From: Takakia lepidozioides
Taxonomy: Eukaryota; Plantae; Bryophyta
Length of the DNA stretch: 64,000 nucleotides
Direction: 5' to 3'
Assembly (NCBI GenBank): GCA_030704615.1
Contig: CM060733.1
Span: 39,060,001-39,124,000 of the forward strand
Shown in pieces: positions 25,466 through 37,109 of this stretch. Each line of letters begins with the position of its first letter. Positions within the stretch are counted from its first letter, which is position 1. The position numbers and the translations under genes are program-made. The notes under the pieces are model-generated. The model was not told the origin of the DNA. It saw only the letters and a program-made list of their open reading frames with translations, and searched no databases.

Positions 25466-26682
25466 TACTCCTTCCCACATTCATGTTAGCGAGTTACCTT
25501 ACTATCTGCAATTAAGTATCAGTTTGCTTCAGAATTCTATCAAGTTCCATCCATTCATTCCACAGCTTCACTCAGGTCTCTCTACACAATGTGAGTATGA
25601 AGTATGTATCAGATTAATATCTATCAAGTATCAGGCTGAAGCCATGGAGTCTCTAATCTGCTCTACATTACAACTCTACTACTTGCATTCATCAAGCATC
25701 AACAGATCGTTCTCCTCCTACTTCGTGCTCTCCCTCTTTCTACTCAGAGATGCGCTCTCCGCTTCATTTCCCAGAAGTGATGCCCGAAGTCATCCAAGAA
25801 GCCATCCTCCCCCCAGAATTGATCCCCCAGAAGTAATGCCGCTTCTCGCTTTATCTATTTACAAGCCGTTCTAACCGTTTTTCTAACTAACCGTTATCTC
25901 TGTAGTACACGTTCCTTTTTCAGATGTCGTTCCCCCACAGTCGTTCCCTGCTTTGCACAGCCAACACAGCCCGTCACAGCCCGACACAACCGCCACAACT
26001 TCGCACAGCCCTACACAGCCCGTCACAGCCAGTCATAGCCCGACACAGCTGCCACAGCTTCCCACAAACACAGCCCGTCACAGCCAGTCACAGCCCGACA
26101 CAGCCGCCACAGCTTCGCACAACCCTACACAGCCCGTCACAGCCAGTCGCAGCTCGGCACAGCTGGGGAACAGTTACCATTGGCAGGGAACGACTGTGGG
26201 GGAACGACATCTGAAAAAGGAACGTGTACTACAGAGATAACGGTTAGTTAGGAAAGCGGTTAGAACGGCTTGTAAATAGATAAAGCGAGAAGCGGCATCA
26301 CTTCTGGGGGATCATTGCTGGGGGATCACTTCTGGGGGGAGGATGGCTTCTTGGATGACTTCGGGCATCACTTCTGGGAAATGAAGCGGAGAGCGCATCT
26401 CTGAGTAGAAAGAGAGAGAGCACGGAGTATGAGGAGAACGATCTGTTGATGCTTGATGAATGCAAGCAGTAGAGTTGTAATATAGAGCAGATTAGAGACT
26501 CCATGGCTTCAGCCTGATACTTGATAGATATTAATCTGATACATACTTCATACTCACATTGTATAGAGAGACCTGAGTGAAGCTGTGGAATGAATGGATG
26601 GAACTTGATAGAATTCTGAAGCAAACTGATACTTAATTGCAGATAATAAGGTAACTCGCTAACATGAATGTGGGAAGGAGTA
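25466..26682. repeat. Long inverted repeat (foldback) of an LTR plus its upstream purine tract
   Basis: Arms 25466-25951 and 26183-26682 are reverse complements with about a dozen substitutions and one 14-bp indel. The 231-bp spacer is made mostly of CACAGCC-type repeats. Confidence 0.95.
25955..26165 (+). repeat. Degenerate CACAGCC(CG/AG)T ~10-bp tandem repeat
   Basis: cacagcccgtcacagcccgacaca..., with the same repeat at 38258-38320. Confidence 0.9.
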
Positions 26683-26684
26683 CA
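26225..26684 (+). repeat. Putative LTR (460 bp) of the older Gypsy element
   Basis: Begins TGTAC and ends GTACA, is preceded by purine-rich gaaaaaggaacg, and lies directly upstream of the gag-containing region. No canonical TGG PBS was recognised. Confidence 0.7.
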
Positions 26685-27437
26685 AATAGGAAACACCCCC
26701 ATGATACACTAGCTGTAGGTCATGACTGATTGTTCTGAGCGGGCTGAGTGCTTAGAGATTTCCAACTCTTCTATATTGGAGTTCCCACCTCGGATAGCGA
26801 AGGGATGGGTGAGTAAAAGCCGCTCGACATTTGGCGACCATACTGGGGAACTGGGTCATGAACAACCAGATGTGACAGGCATCTGGTAGGATCATGGTGG
26901 ATGGAGAATTAAAGAATTTGATGTGAATCAAATTCCCTGTGAAACTGAGAAGGAAAGATTGTCCAAACGATTCTTTCAGAGGTTCTTGGAATTGCCAGAC
27001 GGTTGTAAAGAAAACATTATTAAAAGAGTGCATGATGTTGACCCTGAATGGGGTCTGGAGAAAGGAGTGATAAAGATTTATCAGGTGGCCTGTAGAGGAA
27101 GAGCACGTTGGTTACCAACACTGGTTTATGTGATAGCATTGCTATCCATTAAGCGAGTAGAGTTTGAAGGCTGGGAGGAAGAAAGGTGAATGTTTATACT
27201 CATATGCATGAAGAGCTTGTACTGGTAAAGAATTGGATTCCAAAGGATATTTTGTGGATCAAACTCACACCAAGAACAAATTTCCAGACTTGTTTGCCAT
27301 ATGGTTATATGATAACGGAGACTTCTAGTATAGCCAAGGGTGCATTGAAGCTTGAAAGAAACCCAGGCATATACGAGAGATATTACAGAAGAGAGTTTTG
27401 GTTATTGCCACATTAAAAGAAATGAAAGACATCGGAC

Positions 27438-29510
27438 ATGAGTGATGAAAGAGAAGCTAGACTCCAGAGATATTCAGCAAAAAGAGAAAGCTATCTGAAA
27501 GCTAATTATCCATATCTTTGGGAGAGAGGAATAGACATAGGGGAATCATCTGGACCTCTCACACCATTAAGATCAGGGAGTACATCACCCATACCGGAAG
27601 AACTAGAGTTGGATGTCACTCCTTCTTTTTCTTTGCAAGAAAGATTAAGGGAATTGGTACGGGAAGAAGATCAATCACGAGGTGAAAGATCTGAGGTACG
27701 TTCCTGGATAAAAGATTTGACAGAAATCTTTGATAAGAGTTGGCATGGAACACCAAATGTAGGAACTCCAGTTTCTGAAGTGGAAGGTGAAGAAGGAGGA
27801 GAGGATGTGGCAGAGCCAACGGAGAGTTTAGACTCTCCAACACCATTGCAGTTCAGTTACATGAGTGAAGAAGAAACCCAAGGGCAGAACTTGGAGGATG
27901 AAAACAGAGAGAAGAAATTGGAAGAGGAAGAGTATGAAGAAGTAGACCCAACAGCTGAGGTTGAGACTACAACCAGGACATCCCAACCCGTTGGACCTGG
28001 ATCAAGTGGAGCACTTGGATCACAGGCCAACGAAGGTATCGGCTCAGGGGGATCAGGCGGGCTGCCTGGATCTGGATCTGGGGGGACAGGGAGTGTGGGA
28101 AATAGTGCAACTGGAGCTGGGAATACTGTGAATATCGTGGGGCCAGTAGTAGGGAGTGCTCAGGGGCCACCACTGGGTGGAAGATCCACCACAACTACAA
28201 CAAGTCCTCAAAGACCAGCACCAGCAAGGGTGCCAGCACCTGTCAGTGGGCAGAAGGTAGGGCCACAGATGGCGTTACAACCAACACGGGCAAAACCACC
28301 TTTTCCAATATACTTAGGAAAAGGGGATCCCGATGTACACATTAGCCAATTTGAGCACATGTGTATAGTGAACAATGAGAATGGCGATGATGCCAAGATG
28401 AGATTGTTTCCTTGTTCACTTATCAAGAAAGCAAGTGAATGGTATGCAAGATTCTCTGATAATCATTTCCTAACCTTGAATGGCTTGAATACAACATTCC
28501 GAAATAGGTTCAGGACAAGTAAAACTGAGGATGAAGTGTATGGAAGTTTACAACAGTTAAAGCAAAAGAAGCATGAAACTGTTGAGGAGTATATGGAAAA
28601 GATGGAATTGATGATGAAAAAGCTGGCTGCTGTACCAGTACCAGGTTTACAGAAGACTTGGTTTGTGAGTGGACTAAGACCAGAGTTGCAGAAGAAAGTG
28701 GATATGTTACCCCATAATACAGTGGAGGAGGCATTTGAAACTGCAAACAGAATTGAGCAATTGGGAATGCTCAGGAGAGAGAAAAGGGATGATGAGGACT
28801 CTGAGGATGAGTCAGATGAAGAAGAGGAGCAAGAACTGAAAATGAAGAGTATGAGAAAGGAGAAGTTGAAGAGGGATAACTATGAGAAAAGATTAGAAGA
28901 AATCTTGAAGAAGTATGCCACAGAGGCTGCAACACATTGGAGGAAGGGTGTTTGGTGTGCAAAGTGCCAGAATGAAGGCCATACCACCACTGAATGTCAC
29001 ATGAAGGAGAAACACTGTACTATCTGTAAAATGGATAACCATTCTACTGAGAATTGTTACTACAACAGAAGGACAGCTGTAAGAGAACCTAGGCAAGTAA
29101 GGGTGCATCAAGTGCAGCCCCAGCCAAGAAGAAACAGTGATCAGGACCACTATGGTAGCCCTGGTGGTTATAACAATGGCATGGAAGGGAGGGGTAATTC
29201 AAGAGGGAATTACCAAAGAAATTCCAGAGGCAACTATCAGGGTAATCCAAGGGAGAATTACCATCCAGGGAATCAGGATTACAGAAATAATCCAAGAGCA
29301 AACCAAGGGCGAGGACCCAATAATGAAGAACTGTGTTACTATTGTAATCAGCCAGGACATCGCAAGGCAGCCTGTTCATTCTGGATTAGACACCAGAATG
29401 AGATGAGAGCTCCTGTGAATGAGGGCCCAATGGTGGCAGCTCACATGGTTAGGCCATGTGTTGTACCAGAAGTAAATACAATGATAGTAAAAGAAGCAAC
29501 GCCAAACTAA
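27438..29510 (+). CDS. gag: Retrotransposon Gag with three CCHC zinc knuckles
   Basis: YLGKGDPDVHI..KMRLFPCSL..ASEWY..LKQKKHETVEEY..FVSGLRPELQ; CAKCQNEGHTTTEC, CTICKMDNHSTENC, CYYCNQPGHRKAAC. Confidence 0.9.
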   Translation: MSDEREARLQRYSAKRESYLKANYPYLWERGIDIGESSGPLTPLRSGSTSPIPEELELDVTPSFSLQERLRELVREEDQSRGERSEVRSWIKDLTEIFDKSWHGTPNVGTPVSEVEGEEGGEDVAEPTESLDSPTPLQFSYMSEEETQGQNLEDENREKKLEEEEYEEVDPTAEVETTTRTSQPVGPGSSGALGSQANEGIGSGGSGGLPGSGSGGTGSVGNSATGAGNTVNIVGPVVGSAQGPPLGGRSTTTTTSPQRPAPARVPAPVSGQKVGPQMALQPTRAKPPFPIYLGKGDPDVHISQFEHMCIVNNENGDDAKMRLFPCSLIKKASEWYARFSDNHFLTLNGLNTTFRNRFRTSKTEDEVYGSLQQLKQKKHETVEEYMEKMELMMKKLAAVPVPGLQKTWFVSGLRPELQKKVDMLPHNTVEEAFETANRIEQLGMLRREKRDDEDSEDESDEEEEQELKMKSMRKEKLKRDNYEKRLEEILKKYATEAATHWRKGVWCAKCQNEGHTTTECHMKEKHCTICKMDNHSTENCYYNRRTAVREPRQVRVHQVQPQPRRNSDQDHYGSPGGYNNGMEGRGNSRGNYQRNSRGNYQGNPRENYHPGNQDYRNNPRANQGRGPNNEELCYYCNQPGHRKAACSFWIRHQNEMRAPVNEGPMVAAHMVRPCVVPEVNTMIVKEATPN

Positions 29511-30147
29511 TACCTCCAGTAGTTCAGGAAGATGATGATAATGAAGATGGCAGTGATATGCCTAAAGATGATAAGGCTTGGAGAGATGAGAAGGAACTGC
29601 ACAAGGAAGTGACAGATACCATAAGGGAAATGTAGAAGAGTACTGATATTCCTGTGGCAGATTCTTCTGATTCTGATGGAGAAGAAGAAGTGAGTGAGGA
29701 TGAAAGGAAGAAAGAAGTTGCAGACATGCAAAGTTATGAAGGGACTTTGGCTGAAGTAATATGCCAGACCAAAGCAGAGATTACCATTGGACAGCTATTG
29801 GCTGTGGCACCTTATTGTAGACACAGGCTGTATCAGGAGTAGACGATCAGTTACCTGATGCGAGTTTATTTGTAATGGAGGTACAAGGAAATGCAGATGA
29901 ATGGTTAGATTGGCAGTGGCCAATCAAATACTACCTTACTCATGGTCAGTGCCCACCTAGTTATGGTAAGGAGCAAAGGAAGTGAATCGCTATCAAGGCT
30001 CTACCTTATACTATGGTAGGAGGCAGAATGTATAAGCTAGGACCTGATGGAGTACTTAAACGATGCTTGTACCACCATGAAGTAAATAAAGTTTTGGAGG
30101 AAGTTCATAAAGGAGTGGCTGGAGGTCATTTTGGAGAAGAGACTACC

Positions 30148-30871
30148 TGTCGCGCACCTCACTTCGGTAAACTCCCCTTCAAGTCATAGTTAACCGCTTT
30201 GATGCGCGCGCCTGACTCCCAACCTGGCCGCCGGGCCAACTTGGAGTTTCGGCTACTCACCGGGACATAACGGTCCCCATTCGCTTCCTCTAAAACCCTC
30301 CACCTATTTGGGACTAGGAGAATTCCCTTTGGTAGATGGCAGTCCGGAACAGCTCCCCACTCTTTGGTCGCTTTCCGGCTCGCACGATTACTCACTAGTT
30401 TTTGGTCACCAACGGGCTTGCACCGTTCTCGGGGTTACTACTCCCTATATATACTTCTGTAGCTGTCCGCGGGGGTTTCATAACCAGCCATGCCATTTTA
30501 TGGCGAACCACCACGAAAACCCTCGACTCCCGGTGGTGAGTCGCGGTGAGTCTTGGCCCACTCACCGCGGCCCCAATGGACCATGATGAGTCCCAAGACT
30601 CCCCACGACTCCCACCTCGAGGTCTCCACCCCATGGTGAGTCCTATGCCACCCCCACTAAGTCCCACTAAGCTACCACCACCCCTTGTGGAGCCACCTCC
30701 ACCGCAACCCGGTGTGCGGGGCTCCACCTAGTGAGCGCCTCCGCCTCCTTGAGTGCCTTGGGCACTCAAGGGTGCTTCAGCCCCCCATACCTATCGTCGC
30801 CGCTGCCCCCACCACAGGGGCAGCCCCTCATGTGTCCCGACCCCCTGCCCTCAAGGCAAAGGGCCGCGACA
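30148..30871 (-). repeat. 3' LTR of chromovirus (724 bp)
   Basis: Looks identical to 36396-37109 by eye apart from a 10-bp extra unit near 30600. Confidence 0.96.
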
Positions 30872-31777
30872 CACACCCCTACCAACAGGGAGTCGATGTC
30901 CTCATCGACTTGTCCATTTTGTAGAAACGAACATCCAAGTTGTGGCGTCCCACATCAAGGAGTTTGTTTCCGTACCATGGCGTCCCATGGCAAAGAACCA
31001 AACCCCACACTTGACTCCACTCTCCACTAGCTAGTTCGGCCGACTTCCTCCAAGTCCCGGCCAAGGGTGGAGCCTCTCCAGCTCCTCCCAGTGCACTCTT
31101 CTTGGCCTACTTCAAGGCCAAGGAACGATCCTCCCCGAGGATCGAATCGCCTTACTGCAACAACATTGCTTGCGATCGCTCATGATGCCGCTTTTGGCAT
31201 CACCTTGAGCAAGGGTTCACCTGGAACCCTCTTTGACTAGGAAGATAACCTTGAACCAACCGTGCGCCCCAATCACTACAATTGGGTCCGCCTTGGAATG
31301 CTGGCCTGAGGTACAGGAACACGCCGAAGCCGCACTACGACTTCGTCCCGAGGCTACACGATTATAGTACGTGAACGGAAGCACGTAGCTTCCGCGTTAG
31401 CCCGCACTACAAGGCAACCCCCTCGGTAGCGCAGTTATAGTACGCGCACGCGCCAGGTGCGCACTAGCACGTGAACTCCCAAATAAGGCGCAAGTTTCCT
31501 TGCCCCTTGGATGGGAGTCACCCGATTTCGGCACTGCGCAAACACACGATTAACTCAATTTACCTCTCCTACTTTTGTAAGCTAGCATGCATTCTACACA
31601 CTAGTCAACCACACCATGCATCACCATTTCAAACACAATAGGACGCACAATATTTGGAACCCATTTCCTTTATAACAAATTTTTGTACAATACAAGTTTT
31701 TGCAATCGGATTCCTGAGCTAGCTAAACCGGGCTAAGTATGCATTTCCTCCCCCACGCTCCAAGGTTGATGTCCCCA

Positions 31778-34700
31778 TCAACGTTTCTTCCGCTTTTGAG
31801 GTCGCCCTTCGAACGCTGCAACTGCCTCGGATGCGTTTCCCATTTCTGAGGCACGCACCCAAGATGCCTCCACAAGATGATAGCCCTTCCATTTGACGAG
31901 ATACTCCGTTTCTCGGTTCTTGAACCTCCTCGACTTAAGTATTGCCTCCACCTCGTACTCGGGTTCATTTTCATGATCCAACAGCATAGGTGGCGGACGC
32001 AACACTTGCTGCCGATTCGGACGTGCTTCATCTTTGAAGTAAGGCTTCAAAAGGGAGACATGGAATACTGGGTGCACCTTGCTGTTTGCCGGCAGCTCCA
32101 ATTCATACACATCCTCATTCATAACCCTCTGAATGCGAAAGGGACCCGCATACGGAGGTACGAACTTCGGACTCACTTCCGGAGGTAGTCGAAAATTCTT
32201 GATGTTCAACCAGACCTCTGTGCCTGCCTCAAACTTCACTTCCCTCCGCTTCCGATTCGCCTGCCTTTCATACCGTTTCCTAGCTTTGGCAATGTTGTAC
32301 TTTGCGAGCTTCAACAAACGCTCGCGTTCTTCCAGCACCGCCGCTACTGCCGGTTCCTCAACGTCCTGGGCGGCCCAACTTGTCGGCACCAGAGGTGCTT
32401 TTCCATAGACCAACACAAAAGGGGAAATTCCCGTCGCGGAGTGTTCTGTGTTATTATAACAGAACTCTGCCGCGTCTAAGTGTTCCATCCAGTCTGATTG
32501 GTCTGCCGACACGTAATTCCGCAAGAATTGCTTCACTACGGAATTCACTCTTTCCGTTTGGCCGTCCGTCGTAGGTCGGAAGGCGGTGCTCATCTTCAGC
32601 CTCGTCCCCATCTTCTTCCAAAGTGCTCTCCAAAATTTACTCGTAAACTTTGGGTCGCGGTCCGAGACAATATCCTTCGGGACTCCATGATGCTTTAAGA
32701 CGTGGGCGAAGTAAAGTCGCCCTGTCTCCTGCGCCGTTGCCGTCTCCTTGGTGGGGATGAAATGGGCCATTTTACTGAACCTATCTACCACCACCATGAT
32801 TGCATCGAATCCTTTTGACAGCGGCATAGCAGTCATGAAATCCATCGAGACGCTTTCCCAAGTCCCCTCTGGAATCGGCAAGGGTTGTAACAGCCCCGCT
32901 TGCTTTTTGTACTCGCTCCGGTTTTGTTGGCATGTGGTGCATGTCTTGACATACTCCTCTGCCTCCTCCCTCAGTTTGGGCCAGAAATACTCTTTCTTCA
33001 AGAGTGTCGCAGTGCGCTTGGCTCCGCCGTGGCCCGCAAGCAGGCTATCATGGCATTCTCTCAAGAGGCTATCTCTGATCCCTCCCTTTGGCACATAGAG
33101 ACGTTTTTGCTTATACCGGAGCAGTCCTTTTTGCAAGTGGAACTGCGATTTAACCCCCATTCTCAAGTCCTGCATCACGCGCTTTGCCAGCTCATCCTTC
33201 CGGCAAGCCTTCCGGATCTTCCTTTGGAGCGCCGTCTCGCCCTTGTACACCAACAAGAGCTGCTGCTTTCTACTTAAAGCATCGGCCACCACATTGTCCC
33301 GTCCCGGTTTGTACTGGATATCCACGTCGAACACTGCCAAAGTATCTTGCCACCTAAGTTGTTTTGGGGACAACTTGGGCTGCGTGGCAAAATACTTCAC
33401 CGTGACATTGTCCGTGAACACCTTCACTGGGTTGGAACCAACATAGTGGCGCCAGAGTTCAAGGCAATGCACCACCGCCTTCATCTCTTTTTCGTGCGTC
33501 GGCCACCGTCGCTCCACTTCATTCAGTTTCTTACTTTCGTAAGCCACTGGTCGTCCATCTTGCATAAGTACACCCCCAATCGCGAAGTCCGATGCATCTG
33601 TATGAATCTCAAACGGACGATCGAACTCCGGGATTTTCAAGACTGGAGCTTCCGTCATCCGCTGCTTCAATTCAGCAAAAGCTTGGCCACAAAATGTGTT
33701 CCATACCCAGACTTTGGATTTACACAGAAGGTCCGACAGCGGCCCCGCGATCTTGGCGAAATTTCTCACATACTTCCGGTAATAGGAGGCGAGTCCTAGG
33801 AAGGATCGCACTCCCGGGACCGAAGTCGGAGGCTCCCAGTCCAAGATCGCCCTCACCTTTCTGTCATCCATTTTGATCCCATCCTGTGTAATCACATGCC
33901 CCAGGAACTCCACTTTTGTGACCCCGAATTCGCACTTTGAAGCTTTGGCATACAGCTTCCCGTCCCGCAATTTTTGGAACACCCTTTTGAGGTGCTCCAG
34001 GTGCTCCTCCTTTGTTTTCGAGTACACCAAGATGTCGTCGATGTACACGATCACAAAGTCATCCAACCACTCCTGGAAAAGGCTGTTCATCAGCGTGCTA
34101 AATGTCGCTGGTGCATTGGTGAGCCCAAAAGGCATCACCAAGAACTCATATGAACCATACCTTGTCCTGCACGCGGTCTTCTCCTCATCTCCTTCTGCCA
34201 CCCGAATTTGGTGATAGCCGGAGCGCAAGTCGATCCGGCTGAAATACTTCGCTCCTGCCAACCGATCGAAGAGGTCGTCGATCCTTGGCAAAGGGTACCG
34301 GTTTTTGATAGTCACCTTATTCAAAGCCCTGTAATCGACACACATCCGCAGCGTCCCATCCTTCTTGTCTGCGAATAGCACCGGGGCTCCGTAAGGTGAC
34401 TTACTCGGCCGGATGTACCCCTTTGACATTAGATCCTTGAGCTGAGTCTTCAGCTCGACCAACTCTCTGTGGCTCAACCGGTAGGGCGCCTTGGCAGGCG
34501 GTTCCGATCCCGGTATCACCTCAATCTTGTGGTCAACTCCTCTTCGCGGTGGCAAGCCGCTTGGTAAATCCTCCGGCATCACATCCTGGTATTTCTCCAA
34601 AATCCCTTTGATCCAATCTGGGCTCGGCTCCCCATCGCCTTCTCCTTTCACTTCTCTAATGTAAAGCAAAAACTGGGACTCGTGTGCCTCCTCCACGGCC

Positions 34701-36394
34701 CACTCCTTTGCTGACAGAAGGTTTATTCGCCCTCCCACGGATTTGGGCGTTTCCGACACTCGTAAAACTTCACCACCATTCCCACATGGCAGCGTGACTA
34801 CTCTCTTGCGGCCATCTATGACCGCTCCGGATTTGCTCAAAAAGGTCATCCCCAAAATGAGATCCACTCCATCGATCTCGCAGATAGTGAAGTTCTCACG
34901 TCCTTCCCAACTCCCCAGTTGAAGAGGAACATCAAACGCCAACCTTGTCGCCAACTGAGGTTCTCCTTTGGCAGAGCGCACCTCAATAGAGGCCCCCACG
35001 TCACTTGTCGGGAGTCCCAACTTTCGCGCCGCCGCCGGCGTCATGAAGGAGTGCGACGCTCCTGTGTCCACCAACAACGACACGTTAGTTCCGGATATTA
35101 TCCCATCCACGAACAATAACTGACTCCCTTTACGCAGGGCGCCAGTTTCCTGATACAACTCACAAGAATAGTTGCCTACCTTGCAAGTCCTGGCGACTAC
35201 CGCTTCCACCAAACGACTGATGGTATCTTCCGACAGCTCCGTGGTCGCCCGAGTCATGTTCAATTGCCGGGGCTTCGTGCACTTCTTGGCCATGTGCCCG
35301 GGCTCCCCGCAATTGAAACACACTCCATCAAAGGTCGCCTTCTGTCCGCCATAAGCCGCTCCACCCGCTTTTCCTTTCGAAGCACCGGGTGCCGCCTTGA
35401 CGTGTGAAGGCCCTCCCTTCGATTTCCACGTGCCATTTTCGCCGCGTGGCCTATCCCACTTCTTTTCCGGTCGGGAGGAGTCACCTTCCCGCCGGGTCTT
35501 CTTGTGGTTCAGCTCCGTACGGCCTTGTCTCTCACCCCTAGGGACATCCGAGAAACATTCAGCTCTCTCAATTGCCTCGTTCAAAGTCTTGGGTGGCTTC
35601 TCCTCCAACTTCCGCCTAGCCCATGGGGCCAGTCCCGCCACAAAGTTGAAGACCATTTCTGGTTCCGCCATGTCCGCGACTTCGAGCAACAGCACATTGA
35701 AAGCCTGGACATACCCCCGAATGTCATCTGTTTGCTTCAAATTCCTCATCTTGTCCCGGGCAAGCCAGGATGCGTTGAGGGGCACAAACTGTCTCTTCAT
35801 CAATTCCTTGAACCCACTCCAGTTCAAGGTTTCCGGGCTTGGGCCTCGGTCGTGAAGGCGTTTCTGCCACCATTGTTGAGCATAGCCCCTCAAATAGGTG
35901 GGAGCCACTTCCACCCGATCCTCGTCACTCAACTTGGCCGCCCGGAAGTACTGCTCTAGCTCCAGGAGCCAGGTGTTGAGTGCCTTCCGGTTTCGAACGC
36001 CCTCAAAGGTGCCGGGTTCCTTAGGCTTCACCTTAAACTTTGCCTTAGTGGAAGTGGCATTAGCCGCCTTCAACACGTCTTTCAACGCCCCGCCAAACTG
36101 CGCCAACAACCCTTCCCAAAAGGCTGCTGGCATGGGAGGCATCTCTTGGTTTGTCGGAGCTCTCGAGGATTCCTCGGGCTCCGACTCCTCGGATTCCTCC
36201 CGCTCTTGAGCGGCCTCGTTTTCGGAAACATTCATCGCTTCCTCAAACGGCCGCCTCGGTGACACGTCGCCCCCATCGGGCTCACCGGGATCATCATCTT
36301 TTGGGCCGTTCCGCTTTCGCTTCGGCTTGCCCGACCCCATGATGAGGCCGATCCCAAGGACGATCGCGTACTGAACTCTAAGCTCTGATACCAA
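31778..36394 (-). CDS. gag-pol: Gag-Pol polyprotein: Gag, CCHC knuckle, aspartic protease, RT, RNase H, integrase, chromodomain
   Basis: [14 protein letters not shown]; [10 protein letters not shown]; [10 protein letters not shown]; [12 protein letters not shown]; HH..CC zinc finger and DDE core (SMDF..SDRD..GQTE); [23 protein letters not shown]. The real start is probably the ATG near 36340. Confidence 0.97.
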   Translation of the reverse strand: MVSELRVQYAIVLGIGLIMGSGKPKRKRNGPKDDDPGEPDGGDVSPRRPFEEAMNVSENEAAQEREESEESEPEESSRAPTNQEMPPMPAAFWEGLLAQFGGALKDVLKAANATSTKAKFKVKPKEPGTFEGVRNRKALNTWLLELEQYFRAAKLSDEDRVEVAPTYLRGYAQQWWQKRLHDRGPSPETLNWSGFKELMKRQFVPLNASWLARDKMRNLKQTDDIRGYVQAFNVLLLEVADMAEPEMVFNFVAGLAPWARRKLEEKPPKTLNEAIERAECFSDVPRGERQGRTELNHKKTRREGDSSRPEKKWDRPRGENGTWKSKGGPSHVKAAPGASKGKAGGAAYGGQKATFDGVCFNCGEPGHMAKKCTKPRQLNMTRATTELSEDTISRLVEAVVARTCKVGNYSCELYQETGALRKGSQLLFVDGIISGTNVSLLVDTGASHSFMTPAAARKLGLPTSDVGASIEVRSAKGEPQLATRLAFDVPLQLGSWEGRENFTICEIDGVDLILGMTFLSKSGAVIDGRKRVVTLPCGNGGEVLRVSETPKSVGGRINLLSAKEWAVEEAHESQFLLYIREVKGEGDGEPSPDWIKGILEKYQDVMPEDLPSGLPPRRGVDHKIEVIPGSEPPAKAPYRLSHRELVELKTQLKDLMSKGYIRPSKSPYGAPVLFADKKDGTLRMCVDYRALNKVTIKNRYPLPRIDDLFDRLAGAKYFSRIDLRSGYHQIRVAEGDEEKTACRTRYGSYEFLVMPFGLTNAPATFSTLMNSLFQEWLDDFVIVYIDDILVYSKTKEEHLEHLKRVFQKLRDGKLYAKASKCEFGVTKVEFLGHVITQDGIKMDDRKVRAILDWEPPTSVPGVRSFLGLASYYRKYVRNFAKIAGPLSDLLCKSKVWVWNTFCGQAFAELKQRMTEAPVLKIPEFDRPFEIHTDASDFAIGGVLMQDGRPVAYESKKLNEVERRWPTHEKEMKAVVHCLELWRHYVGSNPVKVFTDNVTVKYFATQPKLSPKQLRWQDTLAVFDVDIQYKPGRDNVVADALSRKQQLLLVYKGETALQRKIRKACRKDELAKRVMQDLRMGVKSQFHLQKGLLRYKQKRLYVPKGGIRDSLLRECHDSLLAGHGGAKRTATLLKKEYFWPKLREEAEEYVKTCTTCQQNRSEYKKQAGLLQPLPIPEGTWESVSMDFMTAMPLSKGFDAIMVVVDRFSKMAHFIPTKETATAQETGRLYFAHVLKHHGVPKDIVSDRDPKFTSKFWRALWKKMGTRLKMSTAFRPTTDGQTERVNSVVKQFLRNYVSADQSDWMEHLDAAEFCYNNTEHSATGISPFVLVYGKAPLVPTSWAAQDVEEPAVAAVLEERERLLKLAKYNIAKARKRYERQANRKRREVKFEAGTEVWLNIKNFRLPPEVSPKFVPPYAGPFRIQRVMNEDVYELELPANSKVHPVFHVSLLKPYFKDEARPNRQQVLRPPPMLLDHENEPEYEVEAILKSRRFKNRETEYLVKWKGYHLVEASWVRASEMGNASEAVAAFEGRPQKRKKR
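36382..36393 (-). other. Primer binding site complementary to initiator tRNA-Met
   Basis: TGGTATCAGAGC, 2 nt inside the 5' LTR boundary. Confidence 0.93.
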
Positions 36395-36395
36395 A

Positions 36396-37109
36396 TGTCG
36401 CGCACCTCACTTCGGTAAACTCCCCTTCAAGTCATAGTTAACCGCTTTGATGCGCGCGCCTGACTCCCAACCTGGCCGCCGGGCCAACTTGGAGTTTCGG
36501 CTACTCACCGGGACATAACGGTCCCCATTCGCTTCCTCTAAAACCCTCCACCTATTTGGGACTAGGAGAATTCCCTTTGGTAGATGGCAGTCCGGAACAG
36601 CTCCCCACTCTTTGGTCGCTTTCCGGCTCGCACGATTACTCACTAGTTTTTGGTCACCAACGGGCTTGCACCGTTCTCGGGGTTACTACTCCCTATATAT
36701 ACTTCTGTAGCTGTCCGCGGGGGTTTCATAACCAGCCATGCCATTTTATGGCGAACCACCACGAAAACCCTCGACTCCCGGTGGTGAGTCGCGGTGAGTC
36801 TTGGCCCACTCACCGCGGCCCCAATGGACCATGATGAGTCCCAAGACTCCCACCTCGAGGTCTCCACCCCATGGTGAGTCCTATGCCACCCCCACTAAGT
36901 CCCACTAAGCTACCACCACCCCTTGTGGAGCCACCTCCACCGCAACCCGGTGTGCGGGGCTCCACCTAGTGAGCGCCTCCGCCTCCTTGAGTGCCTTGGG
37001 CACTCAAGGGTGCTTCAGCCCCCCATACCTATCGTCGCCGCTGCCCCCACCACAGGGGCAGCCCCTCATGTGTCCCGACCCCCTGCCCTCAAGGCAAAGG
37101 GCCGCGACA
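36396..37109 (-). repeat. 5' LTR of chromovirus (714 bp)
   Basis: TGTCGCG...CGCGACA termini, adjacent to the PBS. Confidence 0.96.

Larger units (their letters stand above)
30148..37109 (-). mobile_element. Full-length, apparently intact Ty3/Gypsy chromovirus (Galadriel-like)
   Basis: TG...CA LTRs at 30148-30871 and 36396-37109; 5-bp TSD CTACC (30143-30147 / 37110-37114); PBS TGGTATCAGAGC; single gag-pol ORF with a chromodomain. The RT motif [27 protein letters not shown] resembles the Galadriel clade. Confidence 0.97.

Noticed and set aside
25413-26702. Twin ORFs of 153 aa (+) and 134 aa (-) with similar translation
   Set aside because: By-product of the LTR inverted repeat; no recognisable protein features.
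31877-36342. Numerous plus-strand ORFs antisense to gag-pol
   Set aside because: Shadow ORFs of a GC-rich coding strand.
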